Shown: positions 49,140 to 59,737 of the stretch, one piece after another | How the letters are laid out: every line of letters begins with the position of its first letter | Numbering within the stretch: position 1 is the first letter of the stretch | From: Lachnospiraceae bacterium | GTDB lineage: Bacteria; Bacillota; Clostridia; Lachnospirales; Lachnospiraceae | DNA length: 64,000 nucleotides | Direction of reading: 5' to 3' | Assembly: GCA_047975025.1 (NCBI GenBank) | Contig: JBKECY010000050.1 | Location: forward strand, 38,055 to 102,054 | Notes under the pieces: generated by a model | What the model saw: only the letters and a program-made list of their open reading frames with translations | Databases searched by the model: none | What the model was told of the DNA's origin: nothing | Program-made: the position numbers and the translations under genes

Positions 49140-49469
49140 ATGGATTGTTCGACTGCTGAAAAGCTGGTAACGGCTTATATTAACCGGACATTAAGTCCGA
49201 GACAACTCGAAGAGTTTATCAAACATGTGGAAAGCTGCCCTTCCTGTTATGAAGAGCTGGAAATCTATTTTACGACAGACTATGCGATTCGGCAGCTGGA
49301 CAATAAGAATATGGATGCCTGGCTTGATATTAAAAAAATTCTCAAACAGGACCTGCATAATAAAAAGCGCTTTGTTCACAGAAGAAAGATCCGGCATTCG
49401 CTGCTCATCGCGGTGGGCGTCTTTATGTTAATGCTGATTTTGGGTGCGCTTGGCGTTTTCATTGTCTGA
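49140..49469 (+). CDS. Membrane-anchored zf-HC2-type anti-sigma-factor-like protein
   Basis: H-x3-C-x2-C motif (HVESCPSCYEE) and a C-terminal TM helix (LLIAVGVFMLMLILGALGVFIV). I chose the internal ATG; the upstream part of ORF 49011 looks non-coding. Confidence 0.55.
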   Translation: MDCSTAEKLVTAYINRTLSPRQLEEFIKHVESCPSCYEELEIYFTTDYAIRQLDNKNMDAWLDIKKILKQDLHNKKRFVHRRKIRHSLLIAVGVFMLMLILGALGVFIV

Positions 49470-49495
49470 GAAATCCATGAAAAGAGGAGAAAAAC

Positions 49496-52126
49496 ATGAG
49501 TGATAAAATAGTATTGGTGGATGGGCACAGCATTTTGAACCGGGCTTTCTATGCGCTTCCGGTGATGACAAATTCCAAAGGCGTGTTTACGAATGCGGTG
49601 TACGGATTTTTAACAATACTTTTTAAGACGCTGGAAGATGAAACTCCCGGTTATTTAATCGTGGCGTTTGATGAGCATGGACCGACGTTTCGAAATGATT
49701 TATACAGTGAGTATAAAGGAACCAGAAAACCGATGCCCCATGAATTGCGCGAGCAGGTGCCCCTGATACGGGAGGTGCTTGAAAGCATGGGGATTCAGAT
49801 GTGCTCCCTGCCGGGATTTGAAGCAGATGATATTTTGGGAACCCTTGCGGTAGAGGCGCAAAACGAAGGGATGGAGGTTACCGTACTTTCCGGCGACAGG
49901 GATCTGCTGCAGCTGGCAACAGACTGGATTAAGATCAGAATCCCGAAGACCAAAGCAGGCAAGCCTGTGATAGAAGAGTATTTCGCAAAGGATGTCAAGG
50001 AAGTATATCAGCTGACGCCGGAACAGATTATTGATTTGAAATCACTCATGGGAGATGCGTCCGATAATATTCCGGGAATTCCAGGTGTGGGAGAAAAGAC
50101 AGCGACCAAAATGCTTCTGGAGTTCCAAACGCTTGAGAACGCCTATGAACATCTGGGGGAGATCAAGCCGCCCAAGGCGCAGAACTCATTGCGTGACCAT
50201 TATGATAAGGCAAAATTGAGCAAAGAACTGGCGACGATCTGTACGACGGCGCCGGTCGAACTAAAACCATCGACAGCGGTAATCACAGATTTTTATACGC
50301 AAAAAGCGTATGAAAAGTTTCGTGAGCTGGATTTCAAGAATCTGATGTCCCGCTTTGAGACAGAGGCGGTACCGCAGACAGCGGATACGTCCGTCACAGT
50401 CCTTGGCAGTTTGTCGGAATTCAAGGAGAAGACAGAGCGTCTGGCTACGGACCAGAAGGTCGGGATGCAGCTATTTGCTGCCGGAGATACAATCCTGTAT
50501 ATTGCCGTGGCGCTGGAGGGGGGAGACGTGTATTGTCTTCCTGTGGATGCCACCCTGCAAAGCGAACTGCGTGAAAGCATACAGCAGCTGGCACAAAAGG
50601 TAGTGATTGCAACGCTGGATGCCAAAATATTAGCGGCTGGGGCCGGAATTTCAAACAAAGCCGAGGTATTTGATGTGACACTGGCGGCGTATCTGCTGAA
50701 TCCGCTGCGCTCCTCCTATCTATATCATGAGCTTGCAGGCGAATATCTGGAACAGATGTTACCGGAGCGTACGGAACTGATTGGAAAAGCAACATACGAA
50801 ACTGCAATTTCCGAAATCCCGGAGAAGTTTAGTCAGCTGGCCGCCTGTATGGCGCAGGTACCATTACAGCTCTATGAAGTGTTACATCGTAAACAGGCCG
50901 AGTCACAGATGCAACAGGTATTTGAAACAATTGAAATGCCGCTTGTGTGGACGATTGCCTCCATGGAACGGTGGGGAATCAAGGTGGAAGCTTCGGAATT
51001 ACAGGAATACGGGGACAGACTTGTAACGCGTATTACTGAGTTGGAGGGCATAATTTATGAGCAGGCGGGTGAGACGTTCAACATACAGTCTCCGAAGCAG
51101 CTGGGCGTCATTTTATTTGAAAAGCTCAAACTTCCCGGAGCCAAGAAGACGAAAACCGGGTATTCGACAGCAGCAGATCTGTTATTAAAACTGTCGGAGG
51201 GAAATCCGATTATAAAAGACATACTGGAATATCGGCAGCTGACAAAATTAAAATCCACATATGCAGACGGGCTGGCAGCCTACATTGGGCCGGACAGCCG
51301 CATTCATTCGCACTTCAATCAGACGATTGCTGCCACAGGCAGAATCAGCAGTACGGAACCGAATCTGCAGAACATACCGATTCGTATGGAACTTGGCAGA
51401 CTGATTCGTAAGGTGTTCGTACCGGAGGAGGGATTTGTATTTGTAGATGCGGATTATTCGCAGATCGAACTGCGTGTTCTGGCACATATGTCGGAGGATG
51501 AGACACTGATTCAGGCCTACAAAGAAGCGCAGGATATCCACCGGCTGACGGCTTCGCAGGTGTTCAATACTCCATTTGATGAGGTAACGTCCTTACAGCG
51601 AAGAAATGCCAAGGCGGTTAATTTCGGTATTGTCTATGGCATCAGTTCGTTTGGGCTGAGCCAGGATTTGGACATTACCCGAAAAGAAGCGGCGGCCTAT
51701 ATTGAATCGTATTTTCAGACCTACCCCAAGATTAAGCAGTTTCTTGATTCGTTGGTGATTTCTGCAAAAGAGACAGGCTATGCAGTGACCTTGTTCGGCA
51801 GGCGCAGACCTGTACCTGAACTGGTGTCGAGTAATTTTATGCAGCGTTCTTTTGGTGAAAGAGTGGCGATGAACTCGCCAATTCAGGGAACGGCAGCAGA
51901 TATTATCAAAATAGCCATGAACCGGGTACATGACCGATTACTGCGCGAGGGCTTGAAGTCCAGACTTTTGCTGCAGGTGCATGATGAGTTGCTGGTAGAA
52001 GCGCATACGCAAGAGGTCGATGCAGTTACGCGGATTCTGGAAGAAGAGATGAAAGCGGCGGCTGATTTATCCGTATCGCTGGAAGTGGACATTCACGTTG
52101 GAGAGAACTGGTATGAAGCAAAATAA
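49496..52126 (+). CDS. polA: DNA polymerase I
   Basis: 876 aa. 5'-nuclease domain (GDASDNIPGIPGVGEKTA) and Pol A motifs (DYSQIELRVLAH, RRNAKAVNFGIVYG, QVHDELL). Confidence 0.95.
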   Translation: MSDKIVLVDGHSILNRAFYALPVMTNSKGVFTNAVYGFLTILFKTLEDETPGYLIVAFDEHGPTFRNDLYSEYKGTRKPMPHELREQVPLIREVLESMGIQMCSLPGFEADDILGTLAVEAQNEGMEVTVLSGDRDLLQLATDWIKIRIPKTKAGKPVIEEYFAKDVKEVYQLTPEQIIDLKSLMGDASDNIPGIPGVGEKTATKMLLEFQTLENAYEHLGEIKPPKAQNSLRDHYDKAKLSKELATICTTAPVELKPSTAVITDFYTQKAYEKFRELDFKNLMSRFETEAVPQTADTSVTVLGSLSEFKEKTERLATDQKVGMQLFAAGDTILYIAVALEGGDVYCLPVDATLQSELRESIQQLAQKVVIATLDAKILAAGAGISNKAEVFDVTLAAYLLNPLRSSYLYHELAGEYLEQMLPERTELIGKATYETAISEIPEKFSQLAACMAQVPLQLYEVLHRKQAESQMQQVFETIEMPLVWTIASMERWGIKVEASELQEYGDRLVTRITELEGIIYEQAGETFNIQSPKQLGVILFEKLKLPGAKKTKTGYSTAADLLLKLSEGNPIIKDILEYRQLTKLKSTYADGLAAYIGPDSRIHSHFNQTIAATGRISSTEPNLQNIPIRMELGRLIRKVFVPEEGFVFVDADYSQIELRVLAHMSEDETLIQAYKEAQDIHRLTASQVFNTPFDEVTSLQRRNAKAVNFGIVYGISSFGLSQDLDITRKEAAAYIESYFQTYPKIKQFLDSLVISAKETGYAVTLFGRRRPVPELVSSNFMQRSFGERVAMNSPIQGTAADIIKIAMNRVHDRLLREGLKSRLLLQVHDELLVEAHTQEVDAVTRILEEEMKAAADLSVSLEVDIHVGENWYEAK

Positions 52127-52727
52127 GATGATCGTGTTGGGAATCACAGGCGGTATCGGTGCCGGCAAGACCACTGTCCTGAGTTACCTGAAAGAAAACT
52201 ATGCGGTTGTGGCTGTACAGGCAGATCATGTCGGGTATCTGCTGATGCGGCCCGGCGGCCCATGCTATGATCCAATGCTGTCGCTTTTTGGAGAGCGCAT
52301 CTTAAATCCGGACCGCAGCATTAACAGAAAGACGGTAGGCGCACTCGTATTCACGAATCTGGAGCTTTTGCAGCGGCTAAATGCGATTATCCATCCCAAA
52401 GTGCAGGAGTACATTCAGGCGCGTATTGACGAAGAGAGGAGCCGGGGGACAGCCTTCTTTGTCGTAGAGGCAGCTTTGCTTTTAGAAGCGGGATATGATG
52501 CAATTTGTGATGATTTATGGTATATTGATGTGGACGAAGCTGTCAGAAGAGAGAGATTAAAGCAGGAACGAGGGTATTCGGATCAGAAAATCACGAATAT
52601 TCTGGCCAACCAGATGAAGCCGGAAGAGTTTCGGCAAAGATGCCAATATACAATCAGGAATAACGGGGATTTGGCGTATACTTACAGACAGATAGACCAG
52701 AGGATGAAACGATATGAAATTATGTAG
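52113..52727 (+). CDS. coaE: Dephospho-CoA kinase
   Basis: P-loop LGITGGIGAGKTT. The start is ambiguous: the ATG at 52113 overlaps the polA end, and the ATG at 52128 lies just after it. Confidence 0.85.
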   Translation: MKQNKMIVLGITGGIGAGKTTVLSYLKENYAVVAVQADHVGYLLMRPGGPCYDPMLSLFGERILNPDRSINRKTVGALVFTNLELLQRLNAIIHPKVQEYIQARIDEERSRGTAFFVVEAALLLEAGYDAICDDLWYIDVDEAVRRERLKQERGYSDQKITNILANQMKPEEFRQRCQYTIRNNGDLAYTYRQIDQRMKRYEIM

Positions 52728-53511
52728 TATAGCAAGCGGAAGCAGCGGCAATTGTATTTTCGTGGGAAGTGAGCACACAAGCCTCCTTGTAGATGCAGGA
52801 ATCAGCGGCAAGCGTGTTGAAATGGGGCTCAATGAGGTGGATATGACGGCCAAGGACCTGGATGGGATCTTGGTGACACATGAGCATTCAGACCATATGT
52901 GCGGGCTGGGGGTATTGGCCAGACGCTGCCACATACCAATCTATGCCACCATCGGTACGATTGACGAGATACGCAAAAGCCGTCAGGTAGGAGAGATTCC
53001 GGAGGAACTGTTTCGAGAGATCAGGGAAGATGAATACTTTGGAATCGGGGATATGCAGATTCTGCCGTTTGCCATCTCACATGATGCGGCACAGCCGGTA
53101 GGGTATCGTCTGGAATGCGGTGATAAAAGCATCGGTATTGCGACGGATATGGGCAAGTATACGGAGGAGATCGTTGAGCATCTGACACATCTCGATGCGC
53201 TTCTTTTAGAGGCCAATCACGACATAAATATGCTGCAGGTAGGGAAATACCCCTATTATCTCAAACAGAGGATTCTGGGGGCTCGTGGGCACCTTTCCAA
53301 CGAAAGTGCGGGGCAGCTGCTCTGCAGATTGCTGCATGATGATCTCAAAGCGGTATTTCTGGGACATCTAAGCAAGGAGAACAACTACGAAGAACTGGCA
53401 TATGAAACCGTCTGCCAGGAAGTTACAATGGGAGAAAATCCCTATCAGTCAAGAGATTTCAGAATTGAAGTGGCACGCAGGAACTGTGTGTCAGGCATGG
53501 TGTGCGTATAG
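52714..53511 (+). CDS. MBL-fold metallo-hydrolase (YycJ/WalJ-like)
   Basis: SGSSGNCIFV...LLVDAG and the HEHSDH metal motif. 265 aa. Confidence 0.85.
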   Translation: MKLCSIASGSSGNCIFVGSEHTSLLVDAGISGKRVEMGLNEVDMTAKDLDGILVTHEHSDHMCGLGVLARRCHIPIYATIGTIDEIRKSRQVGEIPEELFREIREDEYFGIGDMQILPFAISHDAAQPVGYRLECGDKSIGIATDMGKYTEEIVEHLTHLDALLLEANHDINMLQVGKYPYYLKQRILGARGHLSNESAGQLLCRLLHDDLKAVFLGHLSKENNYEELAYETVCQEVTMGENPYQSRDFRIEVARRNCVSGMVCV

Positions 53512-53542
53512 AGGGGACCGCCAAGGTAGAAGAGGAGAAGCT

Positions 53543-53815
53543 ATGAAAAAAACCGTAATTACAGTAGTGGGTAAAGATACAGTTGGTATTATTGCAAGAA
53601 TATGTACCTATCTTGCAGAAAATCAGGTGAACATCCTGGATATTTCCCAGACAACCATGCAGGGATATTTTAATATGATGATGGTGACAGATACAAGTGA
53701 GGCACCGAAGGCAATTGCAGACATGTCCAAAGAGCTTTCTGCGATTGGAGAAGAAATCGGTGTTGTCGTGCGCTGCCAGTTAGAAGATATCTTCAATAAG
53801 ATGCACAGAGTGTAG
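53543..53815 (+). CDS. ACT-domain protein (UPF0237 family)
   Basis: 90 aa. [33 protein letters not shown]. The start is at the ATG after GAGGAGAAG. It is paired with the UPF0210 gene. Confidence 0.8.
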   Translation: MKKTVITVVGKDTVGIIARICTYLAENQVNILDISQTTMQGYFNMMMVTDTSEAPKAIADMSKELSAIGEEIGVVVRCQLEDIFNKMHRV

Positions 53816-53825
53816 GGGGAAAGAC

Positions 53826-55190
53826 ATGATAAATCTGTTTGAAGTAACACAGACCAATAAAATGATTGAGCAGGAGAACCTGGATGTCAGAACAATTACA
53901 ATGGGCATCAGTCTGCTCGACTGCGTGGATACGGATCTGGAAAAATTAAGTGATAAGATCTATCGCAAAATCACAGATGCGGCGCGCAATCTGGTAGCAG
54001 TGGGTGAAGAAATTGCATCTGAATATGGAATACCGATTGTGAATAAGCGTATTTCGATTACACCGCTTGCCCTGATTGGTGGCGGTGCCTGTAAATCCGA
54101 AGAAGATTATGTGTTTTTAGCCAAGACACTTGACCGCGCGGCAGAAGAGGCAGGAGTCAACTTTATCGGCGGGTTTTCCGCACTCGTAGCCAAAGGAATG
54201 ACACCGTCAGAAGAATTGCTGATCCGCTCCATTCCCAAGGCACTGGCGGTTACGAACCGCGTATGCAGTTCGGTGAATATAGGCTCCACAAAGACGGGGA
54301 TCAATATGGATGCCGTTAAACTGATGGGGGAAATCATCCTGCAGACGGCGCAAGAAACGAAAGAGACGGATTCAAGCGGCTGTACCAAGTTGGTAGTGTT
54401 CTGTAATGCGCCGGACGATAATCCGTTTATGGCAGGTGCGTTTCATGGTGTCACAGAAGCGGACAAGATTATCAATGTTGGTGTCAGCGGACCGGGCGTT
54501 GTCAAAACGGCGCTGACGCAGGTGCGCGGAGCGGATTTGGAGACTTTATGCGAGACAATCAAACGGACTGCGTTCAAAGTGACACGAGTGGGGCAGTTAG
54601 TGGCGCAAGAGGCATCCCGACGTCTGGGAATTCCCTTTGGTATCATTGACTTGTCACTGGCGCCCACGCCGGCCGTAGGCGATAGTGTAGCAGAAATCCT
54701 GGAAGAAATCGGACTGGAATATGCAGGGGCTCCCGGAACTACCGCAGCGCTTGCACTATTGAACGATCAGGTTAAAAAAGGCGGAGTTATGGCATCTTCC
54801 GCAGTCGGAGGCCTAAGCGGTGCCTTTATTCCGGTCAGTGAAGATCAGGGAATGATCGATGCGGTACAGGCCAATGCACTTTCCCTTGAAAAACTTGAGG
54901 CGATGACCTGCGTATGTTCTGTCGGTCTGGATATGATAGCGATACCGGGAAGTACCAGTGCCTCTACCATTTCCGGCATTATCGCAGATGAAGCTGCGAT
55001 TGGAATGGTGAACCAGAAGACAACAGCCGTACGTATCATACCGGTCATTGGCAAAGGTGTAGGTGAAATGGTGGAGTTCGGTGGTCTTTTAGGCTATGCC
55101 CCGGTCATGGCGGTCAATCCGTATTCCTGCGAGAAATTTATTGCCAGAGGCGGCAGGATTCCGGCCCCCATACACAGCTTTAAGAATTAA
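53826..55190 (+). CDS. UPF0210 (DUF711) family protein
   Basis: 454 aa. The N-terminus [17 protein letters not shown] is typical of the family, and it has the canonical pairing with an ACT protein. Confidence 0.8.
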   Translation: MINLFEVTQTNKMIEQENLDVRTITMGISLLDCVDTDLEKLSDKIYRKITDAARNLVAVGEEIASEYGIPIVNKRISITPLALIGGGACKSEEDYVFLAKTLDRAAEEAGVNFIGGFSALVAKGMTPSEELLIRSIPKALAVTNRVCSSVNIGSTKTGINMDAVKLMGEIILQTAQETKETDSSGCTKLVVFCNAPDDNPFMAGAFHGVTEADKIINVGVSGPGVVKTALTQVRGADLETLCETIKRTAFKVTRVGQLVAQEASRRLGIPFGIIDLSLAPTPAVGDSVAEILEEIGLEYAGAPGTTAALALLNDQVKKGGVMASSAVGGLSGAFIPVSEDQGMIDAVQANALSLEKLEAMTCVCSVGLDMIAIPGSTSASTISGIIADEAAIGMVNQKTTAVRIIPVIGKGVGEMVEFGGLLGYAPVMAVNPYSCEKFIARGGRIPAPIHSFKN

Positions 55191-56449
55191 GGGGCATCAG
55201 GAGTACGCCAGGGCGCAGAAATGGCGACCGGCTGGGAGTACTCATGAACAAAAGCCCGGTGTGCAAGCGTAGACAGTACACTTTCATACAGATTGCTATT
55301 CCAAACGTCCGCCTGCAGCATATGTCTGGCGGCAGACGGCAGAAGACGCAGTTGTGTTGACAGCTTGGTGACAAGCGGGACACAGCTGTGTTTTTTTATG
55401 GCAGCCAGGACAGGGGTGTTCTCCCGAAAGCCCAGCACACGCGCATACGGACTCCAGCCAGCCTGTTTGTAAGCCGCAAGGTCTTCCTGGCGCAGCTGCA
55501 AAAGTATATGGTAAAGTGCTCTGGAAATACGAGAATGTGTCAGCTCCCGGGTCTTAAGAAGTTCGGTGAATTGTGAAAGTGTTTCAAAGTTGTATAGCTG
55601 CCGGTCGATGCGGGCGGCCAGATCTGATGAAACATCGGCGAATTCTGACAGGCGGCCTCCCTCTGACATCAGCTTGTATTTCAGCAATAATGAGAAATGG
55701 TCTGTAGTAATCGCCGGATTGGTGCGCAGCGTCTTTTGCAATAAAGCAAAGACCTCCACAGGCATCTGTGACTGCAGTGAGGCGAAAGCACCGTCTTTCT
55801 CCTGCAAAATGGTGTGCCGAATGGCAGTTGCCGAACTCGTCAGAGGGTGCAGATCTGTATCATGATAGGCATTGTGCCGGCGTTGCAGTGTCAGAGGCTG
55901 CAGCGGGCTTTTTAGCCGCAGCAGCGCCTCACAGTAGGCAAGCCCTAAAATGTTATTCGGACTTGCCAGAAATTCTCCGAGAGCATCCTCGGGAAACAAC
56001 TGTACCAGGGCACGCTGCCGGGCGACGGGAAAGGTCTGTCCCAGCTTGAGATTGGACTGCAGCAGCAGGCGGTATGGCTCCGGTTCCTCGGTCAGATAGG
56101 AGGCAAGCTTTTGGAAAACCGGCAGTTCTCCGGATTCGCTGCCAAAGCACAGGGTATCCACAACACCGAGGTTTGTCAAAAGAGCGACGGCTCCCTGTGC
56201 AAAATCAGCGGCACTTGAGGTGGCATAGCAGGAGGGAAGTTCGAGTACCAGATCCGCCCCCTGACTGAGTGCCATCCGGGTCCGCACGTGCTTGGAGAGT
56301 ATGGCAGGGGCACCGCGCTGGACGAAATCGCCGCTCATCACAACGATGACATGCTCGGCCGAACTCATCCGGCGGGCCTCCTGCAAATGGTAGCAGTGAC
56401 CATTGTGAAACGGGTTATATTCGGTTATAAGTCCTACAGTTTTAGCCAT
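55187..56449 (-). CDS. tmcAL: tRNA(Met) cytidine acetate ligase (YlbM/UPF0348 nucleotidyltransferase family)
   Basis: N-terminus [17 protein letters not shown] and SGDFVQRG. 420 aa. Confidence 0.8.
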   Translation of the reverse strand: MAKTVGLITEYNPFHNGHCYHLQEARRMSSAEHVIVVMSGDFVQRGAPAILSKHVRTRMALSQGADLVLELPSCYATSSAADFAQGAVALLTNLGVVDTLCFGSESGELPVFQKLASYLTEEPEPYRLLLQSNLKLGQTFPVARQRALVQLFPEDALGEFLASPNNILGLAYCEALLRLKSPLQPLTLQRRHNAYHDTDLHPLTSSATAIRHTILQEKDGAFASLQSQMPVEVFALLQKTLRTNPAITTDHFSLLLKYKLMSEGGRLSEFADVSSDLAARIDRQLYNFETLSQFTELLKTRELTHSRISRALYHILLQLRQEDLAAYKQAGWSPYARVLGFRENTPVLAAIKKHSCVPLVTKLSTQLRLLPSAARHMLQADVWNSNLYESVLSTLAHRAFVHEYSQPVAISAPWRTPDAP

Positions 56450-56493
56450 GATTGCACCTCAAAAAATACATACTATATTAGCGTATTCTACCA

Positions 56494-56522
56494 TTGACAG
56501 TCTTGAAATACAAGTATACTAA
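56494..56522 (+). promoter_or_regulatory. Candidate promoter for pta-ackA
   Basis: TTGACA (56494-56499), 17 nt spacer, TACTAA. An extended -10-like TGTATAAT follows at 56524-56531. Confidence 0.5.
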
Positions 56523-56570
56523 GTGTATAATGACTTTATCTTGTTAAAAATGAAAGGAGTCATGGGGACT

Positions 56571-57566
56571 ATGGGATTTATCGACGTAATAAAGGAGAGA
56601 GCGAAACAGGCACAAAAGACGATTGTACTTCCTGAAAGTGAAGACCGCAGAACACTGGAGGCAACCCAGGCCATCTTGCAAGAAGGACTGGCAAAAGTAA
56701 TCTTAATCGGAAATGAAGAGGATATCAGGAAACGCAGCGAAGATCTTGATATTTCGGGAGCAGTGATCGTAGACCCTGCAACATCAGATAAAACACAGGC
56801 CTACATTGACAAATTTGTTGAACTTAGAAGTAAAAAGGGAATGACACCGGAGAAAGCCAAAGAAATCCTGCTGTCAGAATATCCGTACTTCGGATGTATG
56901 ATGGTCAAAATGGGAGATGCAGACGGTATGGTATCAGGAGCCTGCCATTCAACGGCAGATACACTGCGCCCCTGCCTGCAGATACTTAAGACTAAACCGG
57001 GAACCAAGCTGGTATCAGCCTTCTTCCTTATGGCAGTGCCTAACTGCGAATATGGAGCAGATGGTACTTTTATTTTTGCCGATTCAGGACTGAATCAGAA
57101 TCCAAATCCTGAGGAACTGGCAGCGATTGCAGCTTCTTCCGCAGAATCTTTCAAACTGCTGGTAGAGCAGGAGCCTACGGTCGCATTTTTATCACACTCC
57201 ACTATGGGAAGTGCAAAGCATGCAGATGTAGACAAAGTTGTTGAAGCAGTGGCAATTGCCAAAAAAGAGAATCCGGATCTTTTACTGGACGGAGAGTTCC
57301 AGTTGGATGCCGCTATCGTACCCAGCATCGGAGCAAGCAAAGCACCGAACAGCCCGGTGGCAGGCAAGGCAAATGTCTTGATTTTCCCGGATCTTGATGC
57401 CGGAAATATCGGATATAAGTTAGTAGAGCGTCTGGCAAAGGCAGAAGCTTACGGACCTGTAACACAGGGAATCGCTAAGCCGGTCAATGACTTATCCAGA
57501 GGATGCAGCGCAACTGATATCGTTGGTGTTACTGCGATTACCGCTGTACAGTGTCTGGCAGAATAG
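56571..57566 (+). CDS. pta: Phosphate acetyltransferase
   Basis: About 332 aa from the ATG at 56571. Motifs: KTIVLPESEDRRTLEA, GMVSGA.HSTADT, DLSRGCS. Confidence 0.92.
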   Translation: MGFIDVIKERAKQAQKTIVLPESEDRRTLEATQAILQEGLAKVILIGNEEDIRKRSEDLDISGAVIVDPATSDKTQAYIDKFVELRSKKGMTPEKAKEILLSEYPYFGCMMVKMGDADGMVSGACHSTADTLRPCLQILKTKPGTKLVSAFFLMAVPNCEYGADGTFIFADSGLNQNPNPEELAAIAASSAESFKLLVEQEPTVAFLSHSTMGSAKHADVDKVVEAVAIAKKENPDLLLDGEFQLDAAIVPSIGASKAPNSPVAGKANVLIFPDLDAGNIGYKLVERLAKAEAYGPVTQGIAKPVNDLSRGCSATDIVGVTAITAVQCLAE

Positions 57567-57627
57567 TCGGATTTAGAATCGTAAAAGTAGATAGAAGCTG
57601 TTTTCATAACTAAAGGAGGATATAAGA

Positions 57628-58821
57628 ATGAACGTTTTGGTAATCAACTGTGGTAGTTCTTCTCTGAAATTCCAGTTGCTGGACTCTGATACAGAGAAAG
57701 TACTTGCAAAGGGACTTTGCGAGAGAATCGGACTTGACGGAAGGCTTGTATATACACCGGCCGGCGGCACGAAAGAAATCACTGAGGCTGCTATGCCGAC
57801 CCACAAACAGGCAATTCAGCTGGTACTTGAAGCACTGACAAATGAGAAAACCGGTGTCATCAAGAGTCTTGACGAAGTAGAAGCAGTTGGTCACAGACTG
57901 GTGCATGGAGGAGAGAAATTCTCCACATCCGTAGTTATCAATGACGAAGTTATTGAAGCTGTGACAGAATGTAATGATCTGGCACCACTGCACAATCCGG
58001 CCAATTTAATTGGTGTGGCAGCCTGCAAGGAACTGATGCCGAATGCCCCTATGGTAGGTGTCTTTGATACGGCATTCCATCAGACAATGCCGGAAAAGGC
58101 ATATCTGTATGCCCTTCCTTATGAATATTACACAAAACATAAAGTAAGACGGTATGGCTTCCATGGAACATCACACAGCTATGTATCCAAGAGAACAGCA
58201 GAGTTTCTGGGATTGGATTATGAGAATTCCAAAATCATTGTCTGCCATCTGGGAAATGGTGCTTCTGTAAGTGCCGTACTTAACGGAAAATGTGTAGATA
58301 CCTCCATGGGACTGACACCACTTGAAGGACTTGTAATGGGAACCCGCTGCGGCGATCTCGACCCGGCCATTGTAGAATTTATTGCTGAAAAAGAGAATCT
58401 GTCATTGCATGAAGTAATGGATGTTCTGAACAAAAAGTCTGGTGTCCTTGGTATTTCCGAAGAACTTTCCAGTGATTTCAGAGATCTGGAAGATGGTATG
58501 TTTGCAGGAAACAAGATTGCAGAAAGAGCAATCCAGGTATTCTGTTATCGCGTGGTCAAATATATTGGTGCTTACGTAGCTTCAATGAACGGTGTTGATG
58601 CAATTGCCTTTACAGCCGGAATCGGTGAGAATGGCCCGGTCATCAGAGAAATCGTATGTGAAAGCCTTGGTTATCTGGGAATCCAGCTGGATGAAGAAGC
58701 GAACAACAGAAGAGGTAATGATGAAGTGATTTCTACTCCGGATTCTAAAGTCAAAGTTGTCGTTGTTCCTACGGATGAAGAGCTTGCAATCTGCCGCGAA
58801 ACAGTAGCTTTGGTAAAATAG
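57628..58821 (+). CDS. ackA: Acetate kinase
   Basis: 397 aa. Motifs: VLVINCGSSSLKFQL, VGHRLVHGG, RRYGFHGTSH, FTAGIGEN. Confidence 0.95.
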   Translation: MNVLVINCGSSSLKFQLLDSDTEKVLAKGLCERIGLDGRLVYTPAGGTKEITEAAMPTHKQAIQLVLEALTNEKTGVIKSLDEVEAVGHRLVHGGEKFSTSVVINDEVIEAVTECNDLAPLHNPANLIGVAACKELMPNAPMVGVFDTAFHQTMPEKAYLYALPYEYYTKHKVRRYGFHGTSHSYVSKRTAEFLGLDYENSKIIVCHLGNGASVSAVLNGKCVDTSMGLTPLEGLVMGTRCGDLDPAIVEFIAEKENLSLHEVMDVLNKKSGVLGISEELSSDFRDLEDGMFAGNKIAERAIQVFCYRVVKYIGAYVASMNGVDAIAFTAGIGENGPVIREIVCESLGYLGIQLDEEANNRRGNDEVISTPDSKVKVVVVPTDEELAICRETVALVK

Positions 58822-58849
58822 CCGGCGTTGTGAATATGAGAAATAAAGA

Positions 58850-58878
58850 TTGACAAAAAGTGTCCGTCTATGTATAAT
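58850..58878 (+). promoter_or_regulatory. Consensus sigma-70-type promoter for yceD-rpmF
   Basis: TTGACA (58850-58855), 17 nt spacer, TATAAT (58873-58878). Confidence 0.7.
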
Positions 58879-58904
58879 TGAAAAAGTGTGATTTGGAGAC
58901 CTTT

Positions 58905-59432
58905 ATGAAAGTTCGATTGAGTACAATTCTTACGGATGAAAAGAAAGTAATAGAGGAAGTGATACCTTTTCAGCCGGAAATATTTGAAGCAAACGGCGAA
59001 TTTTTCAAAGTCTTGAGTGATACGGCTTTCGAGCTGACAGTTAAGAATGAAGGAAATAAGGTCTTATGGGTAAAAGCAAAAGGTGAAATCCTGATTGAAA
59101 TTCCCTGTTCACGATGCCTGGATGCAGTCCCAACTGCTTTTACGTTGGATATTGCGCAGAGGGTAGATATGAAAATACCCTACGAAGAGCGTCTTTTGGA
59201 TATGGATGCCATTCATTATATCGATAATCTGGATCTGGATTTCGATGAAATGATACGCGAAGAAGTTCTGACGATGTGGCCGATTGGTGTTCTCTGCAAA
59301 GAGGATTGCGCCGGTATATGCAGTCAGTGCGGCGCTAACCATAATCATACATCCTGCAATTGTGATGTGTATGAAGCCGGGTCCATACCAGCGACCTTGG
59401 GGGATTTATTAAAGAATTTTAAGGAGGTGTAA
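58905..59432 (+). CDS. DUF177 (YceD-family) protein
   Basis: Cys-rich C-terminus (CKEDCAGICSQCGANHN) and a conserved position immediately upstream of rpmF. The start is at the ATG after GGAG. Confidence 0.8.
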   Translation: MKVRLSTILTDEKKVIEEVIPFQPEIFEANGEFFKVLSDTAFELTVKNEGNKVLWVKAKGEILIEIPCSRCLDAVPTAFTLDIAQRVDMKIPYEERLLDMDAIHYIDNLDLDFDEMIREEVLTMWPIGVLCKEDCAGICSQCGANHNHTSCNCDVYEAGSIPATLGDLLKNFKEV

Positions 59433-59435
59433 CAT

Positions 59436-59615
59436 ATGTCAATTTGTCCAAAGAATAAATCATCAAAAGCCAGAAGAGATAAGAGAAGAGCTAACTGGAA
59501 GATGAGCGCACCAAATCTTGTAAAATGCAGCAAATGCGGTGAGCTGATGATGCCTCACAGAGTCTGCAAGGCTTGTGGTTCTTACAACAAGAGAGAAATT
59601 ATCGCACAGGGCTAA
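59436..59615 (+). CDS. rpmF: 50S ribosomal protein L32
   Basis: My own translation gives MSICPKNKSSKARRDKRRANWKMSAPNLVKCSKCGELMMPHRVCKACGSYNKREIIAQG. At 59 aa it is below the ORF-track cutoff. AAGGAGG Shine-Dalgarno sequence upstream. Confidence 0.93.
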   Translation: MSICPKNKSSKARRDKRRANWKMSAPNLVKCSKCGELMMPHRVCKACGSYNKREIIAQG

Positions 59616-59646
59616 TTACCCATGCGAAAGCTTGACGAATAAAACT

Positions 59647-59689
59647 AAAAGAAGTAGTATATCAGAGTATGATATACTGCTTCTTTTTT
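59647..59689 (+). terminator. Intrinsic terminator after rpmF
   Basis: 17-bp stem AAAAGAAGTAGTATATC / GATATACTGCTTCTTTT followed by a T-run. Confidence 0.85.
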
Positions 59690-59737
59690 GTTACAGTGTC
59701 ATACGTCTGACGAATTGAGCGGAGTGCGGGAGACATT

